Source: Isurus oxyrinchus (taxonomy: Eukaryota). Taken from it: a stretch of 64,000 bases of DNA. Numbering within the stretch: position 1 is the first letter of the stretch; every line of letters starts with the position of its first letter. Shown here piece by piece: positions 37,383 to 50,600 of this stretch. The stretch is from the NCBI GenBank assembly GCA_026770705.1, contig JANJGN010000012.1, positions 69,998,001 to 70,062,000 of the forward strand, in the 5' to 3' direction. The translations under genes and the position numbers were made by a program. The notes below the pieces were generated by a model. It was given only the letters and a program-made list of their open reading frames with translations, ran no database searches and was not told the origin of the DNA.

Positions 37383-38593
37383 ATGGATCCTGGTAACCTA
37401 GCTGTGTGCCTGATGGCCTACAGGGACCCTAGAAGATGGAGGAGAGAGCAACTGAGGCATCTGGCTGCACAAAGGCAGGAGCAGAAACCTCATGAAGAAG
37501 GGGCAGCTTGGGCTCCCGTACACGCTACCCAGGAGTGACAGTGGGCCCTGGCTGGTCGGCGCACAGCAATGCCCAGGATCTGTAGACGCCGCCTGCTATT
37601 CCTGCAGATGACTGAGAACCAGTGTCGCTGATGACTGTGCATGTCTAGGGACTTGGTGGCTCACATCTGCCACTTACTGCAGGACTTGTGCCAATGGGAC
37701 ATGGAGGGCATCCACTGCCAGCGGCTGAGAAAGTGACTGCAGCGCTCAATTTCTATGCCAGTGGCTTCTTTCAGGGCTCCACAGGTGACCTCGTGGGATT
37801 TCACTATCTGCCACCCACAAATGAGGTCACAAATGCCATCTTCTCCATGGCACACAGCTTTGTGCATTTCGCCCGGGTACAGGACAGCCAGGATGTCATG
37901 GCCATTGGATTCGCCCTGATCTCGGGATTTCCACAGATGCAGGGTGCGATTGACTGAGCTCATGTGGTGCTCAGGTCTCCATCGCTACACTTGGTAGGCT
38001 TCATCAACCACAAGGGCTTCCACTCACTGAACGTGCAGCTGGTATGTGACCACCAGAAATACATCCTGCAGGTGTGCACATGGTTTCCAGGGAGTGTGCA
38101 CGATGCCTACATCCTGAGTCACTCACATGTCTCTGCAGTCTTCCAGGGTCCACGGAGGGTGCTGGGTTGGCTCCTTAGGGACAAGGGCTCGCAACAGAGG
38201 CCGTGGCTGATGACACCCGTGCAGCGGCCTCAGACTGCAGCAGAGCGAAACTATAATGAGGCTCATGCAGCAGCTCGCACCATGGTGGAGCAGACAATCG
38301 GGATGCTGAAGATGTAGTTCCGGTGCCTGGACCGGTCTGGTGGATCCTGTAATACTGTCCACAGAGGATGTCACGCATCATCGTCGTCTACCTGCACCCT
38401 TTACAACCTGGTGCTGCAACAGGGAGAGAAGCTGGCTGAGGAGGAGATGGAGGAGCTGCGTGTCTCCTCCAATGAGAAGGACGCTAGTGGGGATGAGGGT
38501 GAGGGAGTCCTCGCTGGTGACAATGATGGGGATGAGGCTCTTGCACTGGCTAGACAGGGCAGGTGTACTCGGGAGACACTCATAACTGCCTGA
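37383..38593 (+). pseudogene. Harbinger (HARBI1-like DDE) transposase pseudogene
   Basis: KVTAALNFYASGFFQ, GFPQMQGAID*AH, FINHKGFHSLNVQLVCD, FPGSVHDA, WLLRDKG, YNEAHAAARTMVEQTIGMLKM*FRCLD. Several stops and frameshifts. Confidence 0.93.
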
Positions 38594-39244
38594 TTTGTGG
38601 AGTGAGGTGTCCTTCAAATCGCATTTGTGAAAGTTTGACTCAAGCCTGGCTTATCTCAGCACCAATACCCTCTGTGAGAATGCTCCTGTTGTGGAGATGT
38701 AGTGGAGGCCCTAATAGTCACTCGATCGCAGGAGGATGATAACAACATGCAGTGAGGACACTCTATAGATCTTCACACAGCCTCTGAGAATATCTGATCC
38801 TGTCTGGCCAAGGGAAGCTCACTTGCACTCCATGATCAGGGGCATCTCAGAGACACAGCCATGAAACTTTAGACGCATCTAATGCTGTGTCCGCCTTCAG
38901 CACCTCAACCCTTCAGGAGCTGGTGCACAGCATCACTGGTCACAGATGCTGGTGTGATGGGGCTAGCCCCACCTGAAAGGTGCTGAGAGCACACAGAGAG
39001 TATGAGAGAATTCTGTGGCGCCTGCCCAATACATTCTGGCAGCAATGACCAGCTCTGCCAAGGTGCAGGCATCAGTAATGTTTCCAGGGAGTGTGAAGCT
39101 GGACCATCACTGGTCTGAAGGCTGCACAGAGCACAGGGAAGAGGCCCTGGACTGAGACCTTTATCTTGTGCAGAAAGGTTTCACATCTGAGCACCGCTCA
39201 TCAGAACAAGGAGCCACAGACAGAGAGACGTTCTTAGGAGTTTA

Positions 39245-40989
39245 TTGACAATAGTGAACACCCATGCCCAGGCTGTGCAACTACCTTTACCTAACTCTCC
39301 TAACCTTGCTGCTATGTCTTGGTGCTCCCCAGACATCCACAGCAGAGGTGGAGGCAGCCTGCTGTCTGTGACGCGCTGTCTGTGATGACTTTGGAGGGTG
39401 TCATCTGGAGGGCCAAGACTTTGGAGGGCCTAGCCTGCTTTCAGGGTCCTGCTGTGTGGCAGAGGCACCCTCCTCGGCCTGTGGAGCTTGATCTGCGGAG
39501 GTCATAGGAAGAGGGGATTTGGATGGGCAGGTTACTCCCAGAGTCACCTGGGTGGATGTCCCCGGATTGTGCACCTGCTGATCTTCCTCCCTATGGGTGC
39601 CCAAGGGCCCCTGGCTGACTTTGTGAGAAGTAGTTGGAGTGGGTTCGAGCTGTCCAGCATCCTCTCACATACACACTATTGGAGACTAACTACAGCATCA
39701 GCGATGGAGTTAAGCCCGCGCAGCAGTACAGGAGTGACGTCCTGGACCAAGGGCTCTATGGTGGCCGCCATTTTGCTAGTGTTGACCTTGGTGCGTTGCA
39801 ATGCTGGTGCTATCACCTCAGCCTGAAGACAGGCAGGCTCCTCCATTGTGCCTTGCAATCTGAGGAGTGCAGTGGACATCCCTTCCTAATGCTCCCTAGC
39901 TTGCCTTTGCAGCTCCAGCAACTGTGACATGACTGAGTCCAGGGGCTCGTCATCTGTCTTGGGCTCAACAACGTTCTGGCCTCCAGCAGCCTTCCAAGTT
40001 CTGCGGACCTGAGACGTCCCTGCCTCCACCTGCTGTGGATCAGAAAATGCGATGTACTCACCAGATGGTGATCCCGAGACTACTCTAAAGCTAGGTCCCA
40101 GCGAGGTGTGTGCCTCTGCGCTGGTTGGGGGGTGTGGGTGAGCACTGTGACGGGACTTCAGGGAGGGTGCCTTCAGATTGCTCTTCAGAGATTCCTTCGG
40201 GGCTTGATTGGAGACCCTGGGTCATGGACTCCATCAGTTGTTTGGCAGATGTGTGTGCGAAAGCAAGGGGAGATAATTAGTGCATAGCAGTACCTGTGAA
40301 AGAGGACACATCACTCACAGCATGGTTGTCTGATGGCTGTTGCACTGCTGGATCATCACTTGGTAGAGCAGCGCCAACATCACTGTCAGCACAGGTCTGG
40401 TCCCAGTCATTGCCAGCCAGCTGTGTGGCTCTGTTTTCTAACTCTGTCAGAACTTTGATCTCCAGCATCCCTCCACCTGTCTGCGACCTTTCCCTTCTGT
40501 TGTGAGCCAGTTTGTCCTGCATAGATAGAGATGGGGAGAGTGTATCAGGATGCCTGCCGGGCCAGATGATAAGTCTGCCTGGCCTGTGTGGGTGATGAGT
40601 GGTCCCATGGACGGGATGAGGACAATGGCGATGTGTGTGTGAGAAAGTGAATGGTGATGTCCCTTGCACTGGCAGTGAGTGAGGGCCCTGTGGATGTGTG
40701 ATGGGTTTGTGAGTGTGTGAGTTGGCAGTGATGAAAAGAGTGACTTACCCTGGAGGAATGGAGGAGATCATTCATCTTTTGCGGCACTGGGTGGCTGTCC
40801 TCCTCTGCAGGGTGTTGACACTGACCATCTTTGCCACCTCCTCCCAAGACGGGTTGGTGACATTGCTACCCATCCTGTGGTCAGTGCGGGAATAGAGCAC
40901 ATCCCGGCAGCCTCCACTGCATCCAGCAGTCTCTCAAGGGACCTATTGTTGAAGCAGGGGGCTGCATTCTTTTTACCTTTGCTGGCCAT
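39245..40989 (-). pseudogene. Harbinger Myb/SANT-like DNA-binding protein pseudogene (multi-exon)
   Basis: Exon 1 40989-40749 MASKGKKNAAPCFNNRSLERLLDAVEA.. then gtaagt. Exon 2 from 40516 (atgcag|) DKLAHNRRERSQTGGG. Downstream coiled-coil-like frame 39676-39879. AATAAA (rc) at 39241-39246. Confidence 0.8.
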
Positions 40990-41459
40990 GTCTCCCGGGC
41001 AGCAGTGGTGAGCTGGTGGCGATGAGCACTTTGCTGGCAGCTGCCTTTTAAAGATGGCAACTGGCGTGATGAAACAGTGGGGTGATGGCGAATGAGAGCC
41101 CGTCTGCCATGGAAATGGCGTGTTTCCCGGGAATGCATAAGTAATAAGGCGGGCTCGGGAAGATACAGCATGAATATCTGCCATTTTCATCGGCGGGTAG
41201 GACTCCATTTTTCCTGCCCACTACCACACTTAGTACAATTCTGGGAAAATTCTGCCCATTGTGGGTGAATATTGGGCCTCCCTTCTTCACTGCCCCTTTC
41301 TTCATGAAAATGGTATTTGATGAGATTGGGATCGCCACTTAGAATTCAGGACATGCTTTAGATGCAAACAATTATTCGTTTTGAATAGAGATAGAGGGAG
41401 AAAACCAGTAAGGGAAGTCAAAACAAGGTTAAACCAATAAACAAGCAAGCTGGGCTTAC

Positions 41460-41534
41460 ATAGAGAAGATCTGAAAATGTAAAAATAAGGTCGCCTTGCA
41501 GAATATCATAGTACATCGTTTCAAATTCAAATGC
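41460..41534 (-). CDS. Candidate host-gene internal exon (75 nt; AFEFETMYYDILQGDLIFTFSDLLY), protein unidentified
   Basis: Acceptor ctcttttcag, donor gtaagc, length divisible by 3, open in phase 0, non-repeat context. Confidence 0.35.
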
Positions 41535-41915
41535 CTGAAAAGAGTTGATGCATCTTTGGTGCTGATGACCCTTAGTTGCTGATGACCCCAATCCAATGAT
41601 TCGCAGCTGCCTGCTTTGTGGACAATTGGTTGATTGTTGGTGAGCTGATATATTTTGGCTATAGTGTTGTTTATAAACTGTTCTGTTATGCACTTCTCTT
41701 TGCTGAACAAAGTCACCTGAAGTGAGATTTGTGTACGTGGGGAAACATGATGCTAAATAAACAATTAATTTTTAAACAAGCCTATTTACTGTGTGGCTAA
41801 CCATACTCGGGCCTATGAATCCTCTCACAAGGCGAGTGAACTGCAGCCTGTCCCTTCAGAGATAGCAGTCAGTTAACAGGTAATTCAGATCGAGGTCCTC
41901 AGGTCCCAGCCTTAC

Positions 41916-41981
41916 CAGTACTGAGAATGAATGGTGCTGTATCAATGTGCCTTCTTTCTTGCTCAGCGTTAAGCGGTTACG
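41916..41981 (-). CDS. Candidate host-gene internal exon (66 nt; RNRLTLSKKEGTLIQHHSFSVL), protein unidentified
   Basis: Acceptor ctcctttgcctgtgtcag with upstream ctgac, donor gtaagg. Only phase 0 is open, which is compatible with 41460-41534. Confidence 0.3.
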
Positions 41982-42919
41982 CTGACACAGGCAAAGGAGT
42001 GCAGGAACTTGAAAAGCTTCTCACGTCAGTCATGATCTCTATGCTGTTGTGCTTATTAAACCAATGTTTGCATGTTTTCAGTAGTTGCCCAGTGACTCTG
42101 CCCAAAGTATTTGAATAACTGAAGGTAGCAGCATTCAGGCTTGTGTTAATGGAAAGGTTGGATTCAGGACCATGTTTGAATTTGCAAGAATTCCTAGCCC
42201 AACCCAGAACTGATCTTCATCTATCAATCACTTATTATTGCAAAACCACACTTGACAATAGTGAGATCTTGTTAGAAAAACAATAGAACAAATTTCAAGC
42301 CCTCAGAAATGATAAAGGGGGTGTTGGCTTAGTCTATATAGTGACATACACAACACCTACTGATGCAGGCACTCATTGCTTCTCTTAATTTATAGATATA
42401 AACTGGTGACTTTATGCAGTGCTCTTAATGTTTATCTTTCATTCACAAAAAACCATGTAGATTGTTCTGTGTTCCTATTGCCAATGCCTCTGAAGATAAT
42501 GCTGTGCAGCCAGGGAGATATTCAGCTGTAAAGAGAACACGGAAGATCAGACATGAGGAAGCAATGGAAAACTCCCATAAACATCAGGAAGTACACAATG
42601 AAAGTAAGAGACATCGGACCCATCAAGGCTTTTCCTTACACAGACTGGACAGAGCCTGCTTATGCCAGTTTATCTCTGGGTTTGAATCCTGCTCCAGGAT
42701 TCAGTCCAGATTCTAGACCAACTCCACGACAGTGTGGATGGACAGAGGGGTCCCTGTCCACTGGATCAGGTAGAGTTTAAAGATCACTTGGCACCAGCCA
42801 CCCAGCTGTTCACCAACATTCATCCCCCAACTTAAACTTGAACACAAATACTGCCCAGGCATCCAGCTTGCTGACATCATCCAAAACACAGTCTCAGATT
42901 CCTGGTGTACGCTGTGTTC

Positions 42920-43825
42920 TACATTACCACCACCTCTTCCACTATCTCTGAATTGTCAGCTTACTGGTTCAACATCCTGAACTGGATGAGTAAATATTTC
43001 TTCATCTAAATTTTTGGAAGACCAAAGCCATTGTATTCAGCCCCGCCACACACTCTGCTCCCTAAATACCAGCTCCATCCTTCTCCCTGGCTGAACCAGG
43101 CTGTTTGTAACCTTGGTGTCAATACTTGACCATGAAATGAGCTTCCAACCAAACTCGGTGCCATCACTAAGACTGCTTATTTCCACTTCCACAACATCAT
43201 CCAACTTTTCCCCCATCTCAGCTCCTCTGCAGCTGAAATCCTTATTCATACATTTGGTACCTCTAGACTTGACAATTTTAATGCACTGCTGGCTGGTCTC
43301 CCACATTCTATGCTACATAAACTTAAGATCATGCAAAACATTGCTGCCTACGCCTTAACTCACACCAAGTCCTGATTATCTATCACCTCTGTGTTCACTG
43401 ACTTACATTAACTCCTGGTTAGGTAAAGGCCCAATTTTAAAACTTTAACAATCTCATCCTTGTTTTCAAATCCTTCTGCAGTCTCCCTCCTCCTTATCTC
43501 TGTAACCTCCTCCAGAGCCACAACCCTCCAACATCTCTTTGCTCCTCAAATCCTGGCTCCCTGTGCAACCCCAATTTTAATCACTCCATCATTGGTGGCC
43601 ATGCCTTTAACTGTTTGGCCCCAAACTCCAGAATTCACTCATCACAACTCAATCTCTCTACTCCACTTTCCTCCTTTAAGACACTTCTTAAAACCTACCT
43701 TTAAGACCAAGCTTTTGGTCATCAGGCCTAACAGCCCCTTACGTGGCTCAATGTTGCACATTGTTTATAATGCTTCTGTGAAATCATTTGCGACTTTTTT
43801 TTATAAAGATGCTATATAAATATAA
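42920..43825 (+). mobile_element. L2 3' fragment
   Basis: ctggatgagtaaatatttc..gaagaccaaagccattgtattc..tagacttgacaattttaatgcac; tail gatgctatataaatataag. Confidence 0.8.
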
Positions 43826-45588
43826 GTTTTTAAATTCATTTATGGGATATGGGCTTCACTGGTTAGGCCAGCATTTATTGCCCATCCCTAATTGCCCTTG
43901 AGAAGGTTGTGGTGAGCTGCCTTCTTGAACCGCTGCAGTGCATGTGGTGTAGGTACGCCCACGGGTAGGAGCTCCAGGATTTTGACCAAGTGGCAGTAAA
44001 GGAATAACAATGTATTTCCAAGTCAGGATGTTGAGTGCCTTGGAGGGGAACTTGCAGGTGGTGGTGTTCCCATATATCTGCTGCCCTTGTCCTTCTAGAT
44101 GGTAGTGGTTGTGGGTTTGGAAGGTGCTGTCTAAGAGCCTTGGTGAGTTTCTGCAGTGCTTTTTGTAGATGGTACACACTGCTGCCACTGTGCGTCAGTT
44201 CGGAGGGAATGAATGTTTGTGGATGGGGTGCCAATCAAGCGAGCTCCTTTGTCCTGGATGGTGTCAAGCTTCTTGAGTGTTGTGGGAGCTGCACTCACCC
44301 ATACAAGTGGGGAGTATTCCATCACACTCCCGGTTTGTGTCTTCTAGATGGTGGACAGGCTTTGGGGAGACAGGAGTTAAGTTACTTGCTGCAGAATTCA
44401 TATCCTCTGACCTGCTCTTGTAGCCACAGTATTTATATGGTTGGTCCAGTTCAGTTTCTGATCAATAACATCCAAGATGTGATAGAGGGGGATTCAGCAA
44501 TCGTACTGCCATTGAATATCAAGGGGGGATGGTTAGATTCTTCCTTGTTGGAGATGGTCATTGCCTGGCACTTGTGTGGCATGAATGTTACTTGCCAATT
44601 GCCAGCCCAAGTCTGGATATTGTCCATGCCTTGCTGCATTTAGACATGGACTGCTTCCCACTTCTGACCTTATGATGCAAGGAAGATCATTGATGAAGCA
44701 GCTGTAGATAGTTGATCCTAAGGCACTATCCTGAGGAACTCCTGCAGTGATGTCCTGGAACTGAGATGATTGACCTCCAACAACCACAACCATCTTCCTT
44801 TGAGCTAGGTAAGACTCCAACCAGTGGAGAGTTTTCCCCTAATTTCCTTTGACTCAGTTTTGCTAGGGCTCCTTGATGCCACACTTGATCAAATGCTGCC
44901 TTGATGTCAAGGGCAGTCACTCTAGCCTCACCTCTGGAGATCAGCTCTTCTGTCCATGTTTGAACCAAGGCTGTAATAAAGCTGAATGACCCTGGCTGAA
45001 CCCAAACTGAGCACCAGTGAGCAGGTTACTGCTAAGCAAGTGCTGCTTGATAGCACTGTTGATGATGCCTTCCATTACTTTACTGATGGTCAAGAGTAGA
45101 CTGATGGGGTGGTAATTGGCCAGGTTGGATTTGTCCTGCTTTTTGTGTGCAGGATATACCTGGGCAATTTTCCACTTTGCTGGGTAGATGCCAGTGTTGT
45201 AGCTGTACTGGAACAACTTGGCTAGGGGTGTGGCAAGTTCTGGAGCTCAAGTCTCCAATACTACCACTGGAATATTGTCAGGGCCCGTAGGCTTTGCAGA
45301 GTCTAGTGTCTTCAGCAGTTTCTTGATATCATGTGAAATGAATCGAATTGACTGAAGACTGGTATATGTGATGCTGGGAACCTCCAGAGGAGGCCAAGAT
45401 GATCAACTCGGCACTTCTGGCTGAAGATTGAGGAAAATGCTTCAGCCTTATCTTCTGCACTAGTGCGCCGGGCTCCCCCTTCATTGAGGATGGGGATATT
45501 TGTGGAGCCTCCTCCTCCAGTGAGTTGTTTAATTGCCCACCACCATTCACGACTGGATGTGGCAGGACTGCAGAGCTTAGATCTGATC

Positions 45589-46676
45589 ATCCTCCGCCAT
45601 TTCCGCCAACTCCAGCACGATGCCACTACCAAATACATCTTACCTTCACCCCCACTGTCGGCATTCTGTAGGGATCATTCCCTCCGGGACACCCTGGTCC
45701 ACTCCTCCATCACCCCCTACTCTCCAACCCCCACCTATGGCACCACCCCATGCCCACGCAAAAGATGCAACACCTGTCCCTTCACTTCCTCTCTCCTCAA
45801 CGTCCAAGGGCCCAAACACTCCTTTCAAGTGAAGAACATTTCACTTGCATTTCCCCCAACTTAGTCTACTGCATTCGTTGCTCCCAATGTGGTCTCCTCT
45901 ACATTGGAGAGACCAAGCATAAACTGGGCGACCGCTTTGCAGAACACCAGCGGTCTGTCCGCAAGAATGGCCCAAACCTCCCTGTCACTTGCCATTTCAA
46001 CACTCCACCCTGCTCTCTTGCCCTCATGTCTGTCCTTGGCTTGCTGCATTGTTCCAGTGAAGCCCAACGCAAACTGGAGGAACAACACCGCATCTTCCGA
46101 CTAGGCACTTTACACCCTTCCGGACTGAATATTGAATTCAACAACTTTAGGTTTTGACCTCCTTCCTCCATCCCCACCCCATTTCTGTTTCTTCCCCTTT
46201 CCTTTTGTTTTTTTTCCAATAAATTATATAGATTTTTCTTTTTCCCACCTTTTTCCATTATTTTGTAAATCTTTTATGCTCCCCCCACCCCCACTAGAGC
46301 TATACCTTGAGTGCCCTACCATCCATTCTTAATTAGCACATTCATTTAAATAATATCACCAACTTTGACACCTATGTGTTATTTTGTTCTGCTGTCTGTG
46401 ACATCTTTTGATGATCTGCTTCTATTACTGCTTTTGCCTACAACTACACCACCCCCCTCCACTTCTCTCCCCCCACCCAACCCAACCCCCACCCCCCACC
46501 TTAAACCAGCTTATATTTCACCCCTTCCTGGGATTCACCTGGTTCTGTCGAAGGGTCATGAGGACTCGAAACGTCAACTCTTTTCTTCTCCGCCGATGCT
46601 GCCAGATCTGCTGAGTTTTTCCAGGTAATTCTGTTTTTGTTTTGGATTTCCAGCATCGGCAGTTTTTTGTTTTTAT
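45589..46676 (+). mobile_element. Penelope-like element 3' fragment with GIY-YIG endonuclease and hammerhead-type terminal repeat
   Basis: LVYCIRCSQCGLLYIGETKHKLGDRFAEH..RLGTLHPSGLN (ORF 45750-46157). 12-bp TSD ttagatctgatc at 45577-45588 and 46677-46688. Confidence 0.93.
46541..46580 (+). ncRNA. Minimal type I hammerhead ribozyme-like motif (core variant)
   Basis: gtt-CTGTCGA-a-gggtc(atgag)gactc-GAAAC-GTC-aac: stem II pairs, palindromic ACGT stem III, core differs from CUGANGA at one base. Confidence 0.55.
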
Positions 46677-47690
46677 TTAGATCTGATCCGTTGGTTGTGG
46701 AATCATCAGTTGCTGCTTATGCTGTTTCGCACTTAAGTTGTCCTGTTTTATAGCTTCACCAGGCTGACACCTCATTTTTGGGTATGCCTGATGCTGCTCC
46801 TGGCATACCCTCCTGCACTCTTCATTAAACCAGGGTTGATCCCCTAGCTTGCTGGTAATGATAGGCTGCTGGAGTCAATGTTGAGGCCTCGCAGGGCACT
46901 CCCTCCCCTCTGTATACCACAGTGCCGCCATCTCTGCCGAGCCATGAGGCTACAGATAGTGTTCAAGGACAATTCTGCTGCTGCTGATGGCCCACAGCAC
47001 CTCATGGATCCCCAGTCTTGAGTTGCTAGATCTGTCCAAAATCTATCCCATTTAACATGGTGGTACTGTCACACAACATGATGGAGAGTATCCTCAATGT
47101 GAAGCTGGGACTTCGTCCCCACAAGGACTGTGAGGTGGTCACTCCTACCAATAGTGTCATGGACAGATACATTTGTGGCAAGCAGGTTGGTGAGGATGAG
47201 GTCAAGTATTTTTTTCATTCTTGTTGGTTCCCTCATCACTTGCCCACAGACCTAGTCTAGCTGTTATGTCCTATAGGACTTGGCCAGCTCGGTCAGTAGT
47301 GGTGCTACTGAGCCAATCTAGCTGATGGACATTGAAGTCCCCCACCCAGAGTACATTCTGCACCCTTGCAACCCTCAATGCTTCCTGCAATTGGTATTCA
47401 ACATGGAGGAGTACTGATTCATCAGCTGAGGGGGAGGGGGGGAGGTGCGGGGTGGTGGTATGTGGTAATCAGCAGGATGTTTCCATGCCCATGTTTGACC
47501 TGATGCAATGAAGCTTCATGGGGACCGAAGTTGACATTGAGGGCTTCCAGGGCAAATCCCTGCCATTTGTATATCACTTTGCCGCCATGTCTGCTGGGTC
47601 TGTCCTGCCTGTGGGACAGGACATAGCCAGGGATGATGATGGTAGCATTCGGGACATGACCTGTAGTGCATGATTCCATAAGTATGATCA

Positions 47691-50600
47691 TGTTAATGTA
47701 ATGACTTGGCGGAGTGGACAGGTTTAAACAAGAAACATATAAACTTTATTACGGTGAGCTTTTCAGGTGCTACAAGCTTGATCAGGACTCTCGTCTGAAA
47801 GCCCTACCCGCCCCAGTATTTCCTGCGCTCCCAGAGCCTCCCAGAACGTCACGCAACCCTGATAAACAGTCGAAGAGGCTTTACCTTCAGTTACTACATT
47901 TCCTCGCCTTTAGTTTTTTTACAATTTCTATTTACAGGGAAATATTTGAATATCCAACAACACATACATATATACAACTTCAGGTGATTAAAGATCAAGT
48001 CTCTGAGGTTCTCTCCTTATACAGCTAGACTGGTGTAGTTCTGCCACTTGAAGTTTCTCAACAGGATCGACAGGATCTGGAACTGTAATATGAGACACAT
48101 CATTAGAAAGTGACAGTTCTGGGTTTGGCAACTCCACAGAGACATTGAGCATGCCTATTCTAGGTTGATCTGTCACCTCAGGAATTGACTGTTCAATATT
48201 AATCACAAGTGGAATATTTGGTTGTTGGACTGTCTCTCTAGCATGAATATGATCTATGTGCTTACGAATGATTCTATCTTCCACTGGTAAGACAATGGAT
48301 TAGTCTCTGAGACAATGGTTCCAGCAACCCAACAAGGGTCACTTCTGAAATTTTGCAGGAATACAATGTCACCTACACTGAATGTGTGAGCTTTGCTGTG
48401 TATGTCATGGTTCACTTTTTGATTACTCTGATTCTGTTCTACCTTCCCCTCTAAATCACCAGGCTGAACCGTGTATGTAGGCAGCATTTCATCAATAATT
48501 CAGACACTGTTGAACACATAGTCGAATGTGACGTTGTATGGTAACTGACAAGAAAGCGGGAAAGTTGAGATTCTAGGGTATCCTCTGATAACCTTTACAT
48601 ATCAGATTGAAAGTTTGTACAACTCTCTTGACTAAACCATTTGATGAGGGATGGTAAGGGGGGGTGCTGCTTAATATAGATTCATGAATTTCTCAAACTC
48701 TATGCTGGTACCATTATCAAAAATGATGATTTCAGGTAGGCCACGTACGTTAAAACAGTGACGCAGCTTCTCAATAGTTGCGCTCGACGTTAGTGACCTG
48801 ACTTCATATACATCAATCCATTTAGAATGCGCATCTATGATCAATAAAAACATGGTAGCTAAAAATGGTCCTACATAATCAATATGTAGCCTAACCCAGG
48901 GTTGACCAGGTCACTCCTACAGATGAAGTGGAGTTGAAACAGGCAACCTCTGTTGCTGACAATGGTGACAGTGCTTGGCCATACTTTCACACTGTCAATG
49001 CCTGGCCACCAGATATAGCGCGCATCCAAGCATACCGAAGATGAAAATGTGTGCATGAAGCTGTGAAGCTCAGTCAAGAGTGGTTTGATGGGACAACAAC
49101 TCTTGACCCCCACAACAAAATTCAATCTTGACGGTTTAACTCTGTTTCTGGCATGGAATGGTCTCAAATCTTTCTTTACAGGCAAATTTGACCACACTTA
49201 CAAAACAAAGCCTCTGACTTTCAACAATGTGGGATCTCTTTTCATCCAAGTTCTAATTTGTTTCACATACACAGGCAAAGAATCCAAGAAATTCAGTAAT
49301 AGCTCAACTTCTGTGGAACAGGAGAATGTATAATTCTATCTGTTCACGGCAGACGACTGAATGCGTCTGCATGCGCAATATGTAAGCCAGGACAGTGCAT
49401 AAAGGTATACTCATACGCAAATATATCAAAGCCCAACATTGTATTCTTGCTGATGCTATTGGTGGAACGGCCTTATCCTCACTGAATAAACCCATTAATG
49501 ACACAATGGTGAAATATCATCCATGTAGGTACTGGTGGAATTTCTTCACTCTGAATATCACCGATAAAATTTCCTTTTCTAGCTGGGAATAACCCTTCTT
49601 GGCTGTGGAGAGGGTTTTTGAGATATACCCAATGGGCCTTTCTGATCCATTTTCCATTCTATGTGATAACATGGCTCCTGCACCATAAGGTGAGGAATCA
49701 CATGTTAATACCAACTGTTTCGATGGGTCGTAGTGTACCAATAAACACGTTGAGTGCAATGTTCCTTTACTTTCATAAAGGCTTCTTCCTGTTGTGAATC
49801 CCAAAACCAATGGTGATTCTTTTTTAACAACCAGTATAATGGTGCCAACATGGTTGATAAGTTAGGCAAGAAGTGGCTATAGTAGTTGATACTACCCAGG
49901 AAGGATTTGAATTCAGTTACATTGGATGGTGAGGGTGCAACTTTTATTACCCGAACTTTTTCTACTACCAGATGCAAACCCATGGCGTCCACCCTGTGAC
50001 CCAGATAAGTAACTTCTGGCACTTGGAATGTACATCTCTCTTTTTTTAACAGTACACCAGCTTCCATGAACTTTCTTAGCACCTCCTTCAGGTTGGCCAA
50101 GTGTTTGGTCTCGGTTAACCCTGTGATCAGAATATCATCTAGGTATCTCACCACTCGGGGAAGTCCTTGCAAAAGACTCTCCATTGTTCATGGGAAATAC
50201 TGCATGCAGATGATACTCCAAAGAGTAGGTGAGTGCACTGATAAAGACCCCTGCATGTGTTAATAGTCACATGTTCTCTTGACGTGTTATCCAGTTCTAA
50301 TTGCTGGTAGACGTGGCTCATATCGAATTTTGTATAGGACTTACCTCCAGCCAGCTTTGCATATGAGTTGTCTATCTTTGGAATGGGGTGCTTGTCTAGT
50401 TTAGCTGCCTTATTTACTGTGTGGATGGTTTGGTCAGGCTTAACCACAAGAACTATGGCCGCTGCCCATTCTGAGAATTGGACAGGTTGGATGATGTGCA
50501 TCTTTTCTAACCAGCACAGTTCTATATCTACATTCTCCTTCAACTCATTAGGAATAGGTCTGCCCTTAAAGAAACATGGTGTCTGTCACCTGAGGATTCA

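Larger units (their letters stand above)
36514..41257. mobile_element. Full-length, decayed autonomous-type PIF/Harbinger DNA transposon (~4.7 kb)
   Basis: TIRs GGGCGGAATTTT...AAAATTCTGCCC. 3-bp flanks ACT/ATT. Convergent transposase and Myb/SANT genes. Confidence 0.9.
43833..47690 (-). mobile_element. Near full-length LINE-A, interrupted by a Penelope element and 5'-truncated by a Gypsy insertion
   Basis: ALDIKAAFDQVWHQG, GVPQDSALGSTIYSCFINDL, IILMES..IIPGYVLSHRQDR (EN). Confidence 0.9.

Noticed and set aside
42447-42525. Strong minus-strand acceptor (ttccgtgttctctttacag) upstream of the candidate exons
   Set aside because: No good donor gives a phase compatible with the 41981 exon; phase 0 stops after 16 codons.
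44035-44643. 202-aa ORF and similar antisense ORFs (3830-4306, 26875-27129, 62177-62410)
   Set aside because: Antisense frames of LINE-A copies. Their recurrence reflects the repeat, not a host gene.
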